In this document: positions 41,454-52,801 of the stretch, one piece after another
Layout of the letters: each line of letters starts with the position of its first letter
Position numbering within the stretch: position 1 is the stretch's first letter
Position numbers and translations under genes: made by a program
NCBI GenBank assembly: GCA_944387495.1
Contig: CALXFD010000006.1
Location: 1 to 61,361 of the forward strand
Direction: 5' to 3'
DNA: 61,361 nucleotides
Source of the DNA: an uncultured Clostridia bacterium
GTDB taxonomy: Bacteria; Bacillota; Clostridia; TANB77; CAG-508
The notes under the pieces: model-generated
Database searches by the model: none
What the model was told of the DNA's origin: nothing
Seen by the model: the letters and a program-made list of their open reading frames with translations, nothing else

Positions 41454-42462
41454 ATGGCAAATGAACTTTTAAATTCTTTATTAAAAGAATATGAGCATAA
41501 AAAAATGCAGGCAGAATTAGATTTAGAAAAAAGAAAAGAATTATTATATAAAAAAATTCCTAGATTATCTGAAATAGAAAGTGAATTAAATCATTTTGCA
41601 ATTCAAACAACAAAAAATATTTTAAATAATAATTCTAATTCTCTAAATGAATTATATGATAAAGTAAATATCTTAAAAAACGAAAAGGCAAAAATATTAA
41701 AAGAAAATAATATAACCGAAGATTATTTAAAACCTTTTTATGAATGTAAAATTTGTAATGATACAGGTTATATTCAAGATAATAATTATAAAACTACTAT
41801 GTGCAGTTGTCTTAAACAAAAATTATTAGATATTTCTTTTAATAAATCTAATATGAGTAATTTGGATAAAGAAAATTTTGAACATTTTAATGAAAATATT
41901 TTTTCAGATAAAATAGATATAGAAAAATATAAGTCTAATATCTCTCCACGAGATAATATTAGGCAAATAAAAGATAAATGTGTAGAATTTGTTAATAATT
42001 TTGACAATCCAAACGAACATAATTTGCTTTTTGTGGGCAATACAGGTTTACGGTAAGACTTTTATGTCAAATTGTATTGCGTCTGAATTATTAAAAAAAG
42101 GAAAAACTGTGCTTTATCAAACGGCTCCTATTTTGCTTGAAAGCGTAATAGATTATAAGATGGGTAGACAAAAAAACACATCTGATAATATATATAAATC
42201 TATTTTAGAAACAGATTTATTGATAATCGATGACTTAGGAACAGAGAGCTTAAATAGTATGAAATTAAGCGAATTATTTACTATAATTAATACAAGGATT
42301 TTAAACTTAAATCGTAAAATCACCAAAACTATAATATCTACAAATTTAAGTATAAAAGATATTTTTAATAATTATGAAGAACGTATTGGTTCTCGTATAG
42401 CAGGTTATTATGATATATATTATTTCTTTGGTGATGATTTAAGATTCAGAAGAAAAAGTTAA
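41454..42462 (+). CDS. dnaC: DnaC/DnaI-type helicase loader ATPase; +1 frameshift at CGG 42051 inside Walker A
   Basis: Zn motif CKICNDTG...CSC; GNTGL-[C]-GKT Walker A; LLIIDDLGTE Walker B; IISTNL, RIGSRI; 335 aa after removing C42051. Confidence 0.88.
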
Positions 42463-42591
42463 CTTTAATTTTTAGATAATATATTTTAAAAAAACATATA
42501 AAATAAATAAGTTCTATAAAAAAAGAATATATGAATTAATTTATAGTTTGTTAAATTATTCATATATTCTTTTTATTATTAATAATTAATA

Positions 42592-45045
42592 TTATTCATT
42601 TTCTTTTAATTCTGGTGTTAAAGTTTCAACACTGACAACTTTTCCTCCATCATTTGTTCTAATTAATGTAACACCTTGTGTAGCTCTGCCTAGCACACTA
42701 ACATCTTTTACATTAATTCTTATAATTGTACCTTTATCTGTAATTAACATTACATCATCATCTTCTGTCGCAATTCTTACGCCTACAAGTTTTCCTGTTT
42801 TTGGAGTAATTTTATATGTTACAACTCCTCTACCACCTCTGTTTTGAACTCTGTATTCATCTAATTCTGTTCTTTTTCCAAATCCGTGTTCAGTTATTGT
42901 AAGCAATGTTGCTTTTCCTCCTGCTATTACAGATTCCATTCCAATTACTTCGTCATCATCATCTATTCTAATTCCTATAACACCTTGTGATACTCTACCT
43001 ATTGGTCTTACATCTTTTTCATCAAATGTTATACATAGACCATTTCTAGTAACTAGTACTACATTATCTTCACCATCTGTTAATCTTACTGCTATTAATT
43101 CATCATCTTCTTTTAATGTGATTCCTTGTAATCCAGTTTTTCTAGAAGAATCATATTCTTTTAAGGCTGTCTTTTTAATTAATCCATTTTTTGTTGCCAT
43201 TAATAAATATTTTCCTTCTGCAAAGTTTTGGATTGGTATAACTGCTGAAACTTTTTCACCTGGGTCAAGTCTTAATAAGTTTACAATTGCTGTTCCCTTA
43301 GCTGTTCTACCTGCCTCTGGAATTTCATATCCTCTTAAATGATACAACTTACCTTTATTAGTAAAGAATAAAATAGTATCATGAGTTGACGCTGTAAATA
43401 TTTGTTTAACAAAGTCATCTTCTCTTGTTGCAATACCTGTTATTCCTTTTCCGCCTCTTCTTTGGCTTTTATATGTATCTATTGGCATTCTTTTTATATA
43501 ACCAAAATGTGTAAGTGCTACAACAGTTTGTTCTTCTTTAATTAAATCATCTAAATCTATTTCTCCTTCTGCTGCAACTATTTTAGTTTTTCTATCGTCA
43601 CCAAATTTATTTTTTACTTCTAATAATTCTTCTTTTATAATATCAAATACTAATCTTTCACTATTTAAAATTGCTCTTAAATGTTCAATTAATTCCATTA
43701 ATTGTTTATATTCTTCTTCTATTTTTTCTCTTTGCAATCCTGATAAAGTCTTTAATCTCATATCTAATATAGCTTGTGCTTGTATATCTGATAATCCAAA
43801 TCTTTCCATTAATCTTTCTTTTGCATCATCATATGCCGCTCTAATAATATTAATAACTTCATCAATATTATCAAGAGCAATTTTTAAACCTTCTAAAATA
43901 TGAGCTCTTGCTAGGGCTTTGTCAAGTTCAAATTGTGTTCTTCTTAAAATTACAGTTTTTCTATGGTCAATATAACAATCTAAACATTGTCTTAATGTTA
44001 GTATTTTTGGAACACCATCTACTAATGCTAACATTATAATACCAAAAGTAGTTTGCATTTGAGTATGTTTAAATAATTGATTTAAAACTACTTGTGCATT
44101 TGCATCTCTTTTTAATTCAATAACAACTCTAACTCTATCTTTTCTATCTGATTCATCTCTACATTCTGAAATTCCTTCAATTTTCTTTTCTTTTGATAAA
44201 TCTGATATAGTTTTAATTAAGTTAGCTTTATTTACTTGATAAGGTAAGGATGAAACTATAATTCTTTGTCTATTTCCACTCATCTCTTCAATTTCAGTTT
44301 CAGCACGTAAAGTTATTTTTCCTCTACCTGTTTTATAAGCTTGTTTAATACCTTCTAGCCCTAATATAATTCCCTCTGTTGGAAAATCTGGACCTTTTAT
44401 AACACTCATCAAATCTTCATCTGTAACTTCATCTTCATCTATTATTTTTATTATTCCATCTACAATTTCTCTTAAATTGTGAGGTGGTATATTTGTTGCC
44501 ATACCTACGGCAATACCAGAAGACCCATTTATTAAAAGTGCCGGTACTTTTGCTGGTAAAACAGTTGGCTCTTGTAATCTATCATCATAGTTTGGCATAA
44601 AGTCTACTGTATTTTTTTCAATATCTGTAAGCATATATTCCGCAATCTTAGACATTCTTGCTTCTGTATACCTCATAGCAGCAGCCCCATCGCCATCTAT
44701 TGAACCAAAATTTCCATGTCCATCAATCATTTGATATCTCATTGAAAAATCTTGTGCCAATCTTACCATTGCATCATATACTGAACTATCACCATGTGGA
44801 TGATATCTACCAAGAACAGAACCTACTGTATTTGCACATTTCCTATATGGTTTGTCTGATGTAATTCCATCTTCATGCATAGCATACAAAATTCTTCTAT
44901 GTACTGGTTTTAAACCATCTCTTACATCTGGTAATGCACGGGAAACAATAACACTCATTGCATAATCTATATAAGCAACTCTCATTTCTTTTTCAATATC
45001 TCTTTCGATAATTTTTCCATCTCGTCTTTCTTGCTTTTCTTCCAT
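42592..45045 (-). CDS. gyrA: DNA gyrase subunit A
   Basis: RALPDVRDGLKPVHRR, YHPHGDSSVY, AAMRYTE, GyrA box QRRGGKG. Confidence 0.98.
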   Translation of the reverse strand: MEEKQERRDGKIIERDIEKEMRVAYIDYAMSVIVSRALPDVRDGLKPVHRRILYAMHEDGITSDKPYRKCANTVGSVLGRYHPHGDSSVYDAMVRLAQDFSMRYQMIDGHGNFGSIDGDGAAAMRYTEARMSKIAEYMLTDIEKNTVDFMPNYDDRLQEPTVLPAKVPALLINGSSGIAVGMATNIPPHNLREIVDGIIKIIDEDEVTDEDLMSVIKGPDFPTEGIILGLEGIKQAYKTGRGKITLRAETEIEEMSGNRQRIIVSSLPYQVNKANLIKTISDLSKEKKIEGISECRDESDRKDRVRVVIELKRDANAQVVLNQLFKHTQMQTTFGIIMLALVDGVPKILTLRQCLDCYIDHRKTVILRRTQFELDKALARAHILEGLKIALDNIDEVINIIRAAYDDAKERLMERFGLSDIQAQAILDMRLKTLSGLQREKIEEEYKQLMELIEHLRAILNSERLVFDIIKEELLEVKNKFGDDRKTKIVAAEGEIDLDDLIKEEQTVVALTHFGYIKRMPIDTYKSQRRGGKGITGIATREDDFVKQIFTASTHDTILFFTNKGKLYHLRGYEIPEAGRTAKGTAIVNLLRLDPGEKVSAVIPIQNFAEGKYLLMATKNGLIKKTALKEYDSSRKTGLQGITLKEDDELIAVRLTDGEDNVVLVTRNGLCITFDEKDVRPIGRVSQGVIGIRIDDDDEVIGMESVIAGGKATLLTITEHGFGKRTELDEYRVQNRGGRGVVTYKITPKTGKLVGVRIATEDDDVMLITDKGTIIRINVKDVSVLGRATQGVTLIRTNDGGKVVSVETLTPELKENE

Positions 45046-45117
45046 TATTTCTCCCTCTTTCTATTGTATTTTCTACATTTGTATTATATTATAACAAATA
45101 AAATTTTGCAAGTGTTT

Positions 45118-45417
45118 CTAGCTTTTAATACAATTCATAATTAAATTAACACCATCTATAAATCCTTTTTTATACATTTCCTTATTATACTCTGATATTT
45201 TTTTATCATATTTTTCTTCTATACTACTTAAAATATCTTTTACTTTTTGATTTTCTTCATTATCTTTAATAGTTACTAATATATTACTAATATCTTTATC
45301 TACATCTATATCATTTCCTAATTCTTTTCTTTTATTAATTAAAATTTCATTTATCTCTTCAAATTCAGAGTTAAAAACTTTTTCAATCATATCATAAAAA
45401 ACAAATTTCATTTCCAT
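45118..45417 (-). CDS. Hypothetical protein
   Basis: ORF with GAAGGTGG RBS before ATG 45417; C-terminal YKKGFIDG motif; divergent from the XRE gene. Confidence 0.6.
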   Translation of the reverse strand: MEMKFVFYDMIEKVFNSEFEEINEILINKRKELGNDIDVDKDISNILVTIKDNEENQKVKDILSSIEEKYDKKISEYNKEMYKKGFIDGVNLIMNCIKS

Positions 45418-45578
45418 ATAAATTCCACCTTCATTTTCATATTTTATCAAATTTTTTAAATTTTATCCTTATTCTGTATATACTTTTTATTTATGCTTAT
45501 AGCATATAGAATTGTATTAGTTTTATTATATAATATATTTAGTAGTATTTGTGAATTATTGTGAAAGGATTTGTAGTT

Positions 45579-45932
45579 ATGCAAAACAATATTAAAGATG
45601 AAAACATTTTTGTAGGAGAACGTATTAGAGGCCTAAGAGAAAATTTTAACATGAGTAGAGAAAAATTTTCTGAAATGATTGATGTTTCAGAAGTATTTTT
45701 AGGACAAATTGAAAGAGGAGAACGTTCTTTAAGCTTAAAAACCTTAAAAAAAATTGTTACATACACGGGCTCATCTTCTGATTATATTTTATTCGGAAAT
45801 ATGAAAAATAACAATACTATTTCAAAAATAAATAATATATTAAATACATGTTCTACTGATAGTTTAACTTATATATATGAACTTATATTTAGCTCTGCAA
45901 CTTATTTAAAAAAAATTGATAAATCTTTATAA
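45579..45932 (+). CDS. XRE family helix-turn-helix regulator
   Basis: VGERIRGLRE...SREKFSEMIDVSEVFLGQIERGERSLSL...SSDYILFG. Confidence 0.88.
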   Translation: MQNNIKDENIFVGERIRGLRENFNMSREKFSEMIDVSEVFLGQIERGERSLSLKTLKKIVTYTGSSSDYILFGNMKNNNTISKINNILNTCSTDSLTYIYELIFSSATYLKKIDKSL

Positions 45933-46070
45933 AAAATATATATTTTATTTAAAATATATATTTTTATTTTTGTTATTTTACATTCCTATTACTTTACATT
46001 TTTATAATTATTTTCTTCTAATTATTAACTTCTTATTTTTCTCATTATTAACAAACATTTTCAAAATGTT

Positions 46071-46790
46071 TTATTTCAATTTATTTATTAATTCCATTTG
46101 TTCTGCTGATAAATCAAAATTTTTTCCATTATTTTTTATTAACTTATGTAATATATCAATATTTTTAGCCTCATTTATTATATTTTCAATTGGAGCCAAT
46201 TTTTTAATTTCTTTATTTATCCTTAAATACTCTTTTTCCATTTTTTCAAAATCCCTATTTTCAAAAGCGTTTTTCCAATCATTTATATATGTAGAAATAT
46301 TTTCAGAATATATATTTTGTTCATTAAATGTTTCTTCTATTTTATTTTCAATATTCCCTAAAATTGCATCTTTTCCATTAGTCAATAAATTTGCAACATT
46401 AGAATTAATTTTTCCATTCACTGTGGCTTTATCTATTGCCAAATCTAATAAATTAGAAATCCCATCAATTAATCCTCCATTTTCTACTGCTAATTTCATT
46501 TGATTTGTATTTTCAAAATTTCCTGTAAAAATCCCTAAAACACTTTTCCCTAAATCTATTGCATCATCTATTGTTTCTTTAATCCCATCTTTTAATCCGT
46601 AATTAAGAATATTGTCTTTTATATTAATTACTTGTTCTTCTATAAAATCTGGTAAAACAGCTCTAATGCCAATATCTAGCCCTGTATTTACTACTTGTCC
46701 TAATGTTGTTTCCAAAAAACTTTTTTGTTCCTTTTCATTTTCCAAATTTTTATCTAAATCAATGTTTTGTGTTAAATTATTAATTTCCAT
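46071..46790 (-). CDS. Hypothetical protein
   Basis: 239-aa ORF with AAAGGATGAT RBS; no recognisable motif. Confidence 0.75.
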   Translation of the reverse strand: MEINNLTQNIDLDKNLENEKEQKSFLETTLGQVVNTGLDIGIRAVLPDFIEEQVINIKDNILNYGLKDGIKETIDDAIDLGKSVLGIFTGNFENTNQMKLAVENGGLIDGISNLLDLAIDKATVNGKINSNVANLLTNGKDAILGNIENKIEETFNEQNIYSENISTYINDWKNAFENRDFEKMEKEYLRINKEIKKLAPIENIINEAKNIDILHKLIKNNGKNFDLSAEQMELINKLK

Positions 46791-47990
46791 ATTATCATCC
46801 TTTCTTTTTATTATGGTTTGAGCTTTTTAATCATTTTTTTTATTAATATATCTACATAAACTAAATTATTTCTATTTGTTTCAGTTTCTTATTAAATTAT
46901 TTTCATTTATTTTAAATTTTATTTTTCATTAAATTATTTTTTATTTATTTTAATCTTATTTTTATTAAATTTTTTTATTTATTTTAATTTTATTTTTATT
47001 AAATTATTTTTTTATTTTTTGTCTTATTTTTTATTCTCATTCGTCTAAATAATATTTTTATATATTTTTTAATAATTAATTAAATTATATTAATTTTATT
47101 TTTTTCTCTTTTTATTTTTTATTTTAATTCGTCATTTTTTTATAATAAATTCTAATTTTATTAATAATTATAAAAAATAATATACTCTATTATCTTTTTT
47201 TACTATTTTTTTCTATTTTATTCTAATTTTTTTATTAAATACTATTTATTAATTATTTATTTTTTATTATTTGTTTTTTAAATTAATTTATTTATTATAA
47301 AATTAATTATTTTTTAATTTATAATTTTGCATAAATATTAATTTTATTGGTATTTTTTTACATTTGAATAATGGTCAAATCTTTAAATTTTTTTGTCCTT
47401 GTTTTCATTTTTTTATATAATATCTTTTTCTATCTCTACTATACTTTTTGTTTAAAACATTCTTTAAATTTTCTCATTTTTGCTTTTCAAATAATAGATT
47501 AATTTACTTAGGCATCTCTGGTTTGTATCGTTTTTTAAATTGTTATCTTACGTATTACAAAATCAATATTATGTAACCATATATTTTCCATTTTTTATTT
47601 TTGATTTCTTTTAATATTACTTTTTTATTCTTATTATTTTAGAAATCTCTTTAATGTTTTTTTACTTTCTACACTATAACCATTATCATTTTATATTCTT
47701 TTTTTATTATTTTATCTTTATAATTTATATATTAATTTTTTCTATAATTATCTATTTTTTTAATTTTATAAATATTTATTTTATATTTTTAAATTAATAA
47801 TTTAATCTTTAATAAATATTTAATTTTATTAAATTTAAATTTCTTATTTATTAAATTTTTTAAATAATTCTTTTTATTTATTTTTAATTTTATTTATAAT
47901 TTTTAATTAATAATTTTATTTTTAAAAAATATTCAATTTTATTAAATTTTAAATTATTATTTATTAATTTTTTTAAATAATTATTTTTAT

Positions 47991-49436
47991 TTATTTTAAT
48001 TTATAACTTTTAATTAATAATTTTGTTTTTAAAAAATATTCAATTCTATTAAATTTAAAATTATTGTTTATTAATTTTTCAAAATAATTATTTCTATTTA
48101 TTTTTAATTTTATATTTTTAAAAATATTCTGTAAAATATCTATATTAATAGAATTTATATTATATTTATTAATAATTAAATTAATATTATTTTTATCTAT
48201 TTTAAAATTTTTTATATAATTATTTAAAATTATATTTGCTTTTTTTATTCCAATTAAATTTGGTTCAAATATTAAATAATTTATTTCTGAATTTTTTATT
48301 ATAATTTTTTTTATTTTTTCATCTAAATTATTTTTTATATCAAAAATAATATTATAATTTTTTTTATAATATTTAATTATTTTTTTTAAATACTTATTAT
48401 TTAAAAAATAATTTTTATTTTTAATTAAATCGGAACAATTTATAATATTAAAATTTTTTAATTTAATTTTTTTGATTTTATTTTTTATAATTTTATAATT
48501 AATTTTTATTTTATACTTTTTGTCTTTTATTTTATTTAATTTTATTTTACTTTTTTTTGCTTTGTTTTGGAAATTTTTTACTTTTTTTCTTTTATATATT
48601 TTTATACTTTTACCTTTATCTGTTTTTTCATTTTCGTCTTTATTTTTTATTTTATTATATTGAAAATTGTTATAGAATAAAAAGTCTTCTGAATCAAATA
48701 TAAATATTAAAACATCTCTTTTTTGATTAATAAACTTTTGAGCAAATGTTAGGCATACAATGCTTTTGCCTACTCCATCACTTCCAAGAATACTTATTGT
48801 GTTGTTTGCTTTATGTATACTTTTCTCTTCTATGTTTTCTTTTCTTATAATTTGATTAAATTTATTCTTAGATTTACTTTTTAAGATTTTTGAGATTTTT
48901 TGTTTTAAAAAATCTTTTTTGGTTGAATAATTTTTTAAGTTATTTTTACTATTTTTTTGGATACTCATTATGCTATTTTTTTTATTATTTTTATTTTCAT
49001 TATTTTTTTTAATATTATTTTCTTCTATAATTTTTTTTAATTTTTTTATTTCTTTTTTTAATTCTTCTTCATTATTTATTTCTTCTTCTTTTATTATATT
49101 TATTAATTTATTTATATTAATTTTATTATTTAAATAAATATCAAAAATATTTATTTTTTTTAATTCATTTTCTAAATAATTATTTTCTTTTTCTAAAATA
49201 ATTATTATTTTTATTTTTTCATTTATTACTTTTATTTTTTTTAATAATTCTATTAAATTAATTTCTCCTGGCAATATTTCATTTATTATAATAATATCAA
49301 AATTTTTATTTTCTCCTAATATTTCTAATATTGCTTCTTTATATTGTATATCTTTATATTTTATTTCTATAAAATTTTCATTTTTTAATTTTTCATTGAG
49401 GGTAGGATTACCTATTGCTGTTAATATTTTTTTCAT
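47991..49436 (-). CDS. CpaE/MinD/ParA-like protein (receiver-like N-terminus plus degenerate P-loop), very Lys/Asn/Ile-rich
   Basis: FDIIIINEILPG receiver-like region; GSDGVGKS P-loop; IIFD, LIINKY; start overlaps the virB4-like 3' end. Confidence 0.55.
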   Translation of the reverse strand: MKKILTAIGNPTLNEKLKNENFIEIKYKDIQYKEAILEILGENKNFDIIIINEILPGEINLIELLKKIKVINEKIKIIIILEKENNYLENELKKINIFDIYLNNKININKLINIIKEEEINNEEELKKEIKKLKKIIEENNIKKNNENKNNKKNSIMSIQKNSKNNLKNYSTKKDFLKQKISKILKSKSKNKFNQIIRKENIEEKSIHKANNTISILGSDGVGKSIVCLTFAQKFINQKRDVLIFIFDSEDFLFYNNFQYNKIKNKDENEKTDKGKSIKIYKRKKVKNFQNKAKKSKIKLNKIKDKKYKIKINYKIIKNKIKKIKLKNFNIINCSDLIKNKNYFLNNKYLKKIIKYYKKNYNIIFDIKNNLDEKIKKIIIKNSEINYLIFEPNLIGIKKANIILNNYIKNFKIDKNNINLIINKYNINSINIDILQNIFKNIKLKINRNNYFEKLINNNFKFNRIEYFLKTKLLIKSYKLK

Positions 49437-51249
49437 CTTTTTCTTCTCCTTCAACAATACTTTTTTCTTTATTTGAACATTCTATTTTTGTTAATATATG
49501 GTCATCACCTACAAACATCAAACACTCCCCTCTTTTTAAAGATTTTATTTCTACTTTTTCTTTTTCAGATAAATTTGCATATTCAGATAATATTTTTATA
49601 TTTTCTTCTTCTAGCGCAAAAAATGTTTTTATACTTGAATTATTTAATATACTTTTTCCATAAGTTCCATTTTCTAAACTAAATATATCTGAAATGTCCT
49701 GAGTAATTGCTACACTACTTCCTCCATATTTTCTAATTGTTTTAAAAATTTTATATATAAAACTTGCTACTTCCTTATTTGATGTAACACCTATAAGTCT
49801 CCAAATTTCATCTAAATAAATTGATTTTTTTTCATTTCTGTTTTCTTTTATTTTATCCCAAAATATATCTGTAAATAAATACATTCCATATTTTAGATTT
49901 TCTTCTCCTAAATCATAAACATCAGCAATAATTAAATCTTTTTCTAATTCTATATTTGTGTAATTATTAAAAAATTTCATTGAGCCTTTTACAAATGGAA
50001 TTAATTTTATTGCAAATCTTTTTGTTTTTTTATCATTATTTAAAATATTATATAAATCTTCTAATAATGGCATATCTGTTGATTTTTTAAATTCTTTTGA
50101 AATTATTTTTTCTTCATTTGTTATATATAAAGAATTATCATCAAATGTAATATTTTTTTCTTTATAAGTATCAATAAGTTTATCTTCTAAAATTGCTTTT
50201 TCTTCTTCATTAATTTCTCCAAATATCAAATTAAAAAATCCTATTAATTTTCCTATTTTAGTAGCTAAATATCCACTTTCTCCATCTTCTATACTTTCTT
50301 TTCTTATATCTAATATATTTATATATGTATTAGAATTTGGACCTATTTTTATTTGTGTTCCTCCTAGTTTTTTACTTAAATTCCCATACTCTCTATCAGG
50401 GTCAATTATATATTGTTTTATTCCTAATAATTTATATCTTAGAATTAATAATTTTGTATAAAATGATTTACCTGCTCCACTTGTACCGAATATGCAAATA
50501 TTAGCATTTTTATATTTTTTATTATCATATCTATCTATAAAAACTAATGAATTATTGTAAATATTTGTACCAATAAAAATTCCATTTGAATCAAAAATTG
50601 TAGATGAAATAAAAGGATATGTTGCCAAAAGTCCAGAAGTTAGAATATTCCTTTTTGCTATTTCTTTTACAATTTTATTATTATTCATAGTTGGCAAACA
50701 GGACAAAAAAATTTCTTCTTCTCTAAAATTTGTTCTTCTCGTTTGCATACCTTTACTCTGGGTTATTCCTTCTATTTTATTTAAATAATATTCTAAGTCT
50801 TCTTTTTTATCTGCATATACCATTATATAGATATATAAATAATATAAGTCTTCATTATTGACCTGCATTTCTTTTCTTATATATTTTGCATCATTATATG
50901 TAAAAGCTGCAATATCTATATCTTGCCTATTTTGATTACTTTCTTTTAATTCTACACCAACATTTCCGATATGATAAGTTAAATCTTTTATTACTTTGTA
51001 TGAATTTTGTTTTTCATAAAATATAGATATATTCATATTTATATTTGTTTCAATTAATGTTTTTAAAATAATATCTGATTGTTCTCTATAATAATTAATA
51101 ACTGCTAATCCAGCATAATAAATATTATCAATTTCAATATATTTAGGATTTTCCATATTTATATATGCTGGTGCAATAATATCATTATCACATACTGCTC
51201 CATCTACTTTTTGTTTATTTTTTATATTTACACTTCTTTTTCTAAAAAT
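49408..51249 (-). CDS. VirB4-like ATPase
   Basis: NANICIFGTSGAGKS, IIDPDREY, INILD, IYLDEIW, KTIRKYGG...ITQ; frame stays open upstream of ATG 51156 to an ATT at 51249 behind AGGAGTGAT. Confidence 0.85.
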   Translation of the reverse strand: MFRKRSVNIKNKQKVDGAVCDNDIIAPAYINMENPKYIEIDNIYYAGLAVINYYREQSDIILKTLIETNINMNISIFYEKQNSYKVIKDLTYHIGNVGVELKESNQNRQDIDIAAFTYNDAKYIRKEMQVNNEDLYYLYIYIMVYADKKEDLEYYLNKIEGITQSKGMQTRRTNFREEEIFLSCLPTMNNNKIVKEIAKRNILTSGLLATYPFISSTIFDSNGIFIGTNIYNNSLVFIDRYDNKKYKNANICIFGTSGAGKSFYTKLLILRYKLLGIKQYIIDPDREYGNLSKKLGGTQIKIGPNSNTYINILDIRKESIEDGESGYLATKIGKLIGFFNLIFGEINEEEKAILEDKLIDTYKEKNITFDDNSLYITNEEKIISKEFKKSTDMPLLEDLYNILNNDKKTKRFAIKLIPFVKGSMKFFNNYTNIELEKDLIIADVYDLGEENLKYGMYLFTDIFWDKIKENRNEKKSIYLDEIWRLIGVTSNKEVASFIYKIFKTIRKYGGSSVAITQDISDIFSLENGTYGKSILNNSSIKTFFALEEENIKILSEYANLSEKEKVEIKSLKRGECLMFVGDDHILTKIECSNKEKSIVEGEEKDEKNINSNR

Positions 51250-52201
51250 ATTATCACTCCTTATTAATTTTTTTTATTATTTATTATTTGTTTTTTTATT
51301 ATTTATTTTTTTTGTTATTTATTTTTTATTATTTATTTTTTATTATTTATTTTTTATTATTTATTTTTTATTATTTATTTTTTATTATTTATTTTTTATT
51401 ATTTCTTTATTGAATTATTATATTTTTTTATTTAATTATTCTTTGTTTAATTTTTTTATTTTTTCTATTTATTTATTTTTTTATCTATTTTTTTAATTGC
51501 TTTTTCTATTTAATTTTTTGTAATCAATTTTTTAAATTAATTTACTTTACATTTTTATTTTATTATTATTTTTTTATTAATAATCATTATAAAAAACTAT
51601 TAGATGTATTGGTATTTTTTTACAGTTCTTGTTTGTTAAATTTTATATATCTTTTTGCTTTTATTTTTATTTTTTTATTAAATAACTTTTTTTATTTCTT
51701 TTACACTTTTTAACTAAAATCCTCTTTAAATTTTTTATTTTTATTCTTTTAAAAATTGCTTATTTCATTTAGGCATCTAGCTTTTTGGGCTTTTCTCATT
51801 TGTTCTTTTATTTTTTATAAAATATCTTTTATGTAATCATATATATTTTTATTTTTTAGCATTAATTAAGTCCTTAATCTTTATTTTTTATTCGTTCTTG
51901 CTTTTAGAATCTTTACAATTATATTTTTTTTCTTTTTATAGTACATATTGTTATAAAAATTTTTTTACTTTTCTATTTTTATTAATTAATTAATTATTAT
52001 ATTTTTAATTATTTTTTTATTTATTATTTTATTTTTTTATTTTAATTTATTTTTTTATTTGTTTTTCTATATTTAATTATTTATTTTTAATTTTTTTACT
52101 TGTTTTTTATTTTATTATTTTATTTTTAATTTATTTTTTTATTTATTTTTTATTTTATTATTTAATTATTTATTATTTTAATTGTTATTTTATTTGTTAT
52201 T

Positions 52202-52801
52202 TTATTTGTTTTTATTTTCATTTAAAAAATAATTGTAATTTATAAATTTTCTAGTATTAAAAAAAGAATAAAAAATTTTTATAATATCTTTTTTTTCATT
52301 TATTTCAATTACATTATTTCCACATCTTACTAAACATTCTTTTATTTTAAAATATTTTTCTTTTAAATCATTTTTTATAATTTCATAAGAATTAAACTCT
52401 TCGTTAGTTTTTTCATCAGAAATAATAATATAAAAATCTTTTGAAGATGATTTTTTTGTTAAATTTATTTCACTAATATATTGTATATATTCTTCTGCTA
52501 TTTCTTTTAAATATAAATTTTCCTTTTTATTTATATTTTTTTGGATATTATTAATATGATTTGTTAAATCTTCTTTATTACTTTGAATTAATATTTGAAT
52601 ATCGAAATTGCAAGTTTTTAAAAAAATTTTATAAGAATTTAAAATAGACGATTTTTCTAAATCAGATTTTAAATTATAATTTATTGGAATTATTTTTAAT
52701 ATTTTTATATATTTTTTTTCTTCGAGTACAATTATTCCATCTTTCGTAATTTTATTAATACCAATCCATTCTTGTGTTGTTTTCTCTTTTTTCTTTATAA
52801 T
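52202..52801 (-). CDS. Conjugation-associated protein resembling a VirB4/TraC N-terminal partner
   Basis: TQEWIGI..I..DGII, ILKIIPINYNLKS..E, DIQILIQS, KDFYIII pattern; probable ATT/ATA start behind GGAGGTGAT. Confidence 0.55.
   Translation of the reverse strand: MIKKKEKTTQEWIGINKITKDGIIVLEEKKYIKILKIIPINYNLKSDLEKSSILNSYKIFLKTCNFDIQILIQSNKEDLTNHINNIQKNINKKENLYLKEIAEEYIQYISEINLTKKSSSKDFYIIISDEKTNEEFNSYEIIKNDLKEKYFKIKECLVRCGNNVIEINEKKDIIKIFYSFFNTRKFINYNYFLNENKNK

Noticed and set aside
19582..42462. Calling the four split genes ordinary pseudogenes
   Set aside because: All five breaks share one in-frame motif, there is no other decay, and one gene is a normally essential replication factor; recoding or a systematic sequence error fits better.
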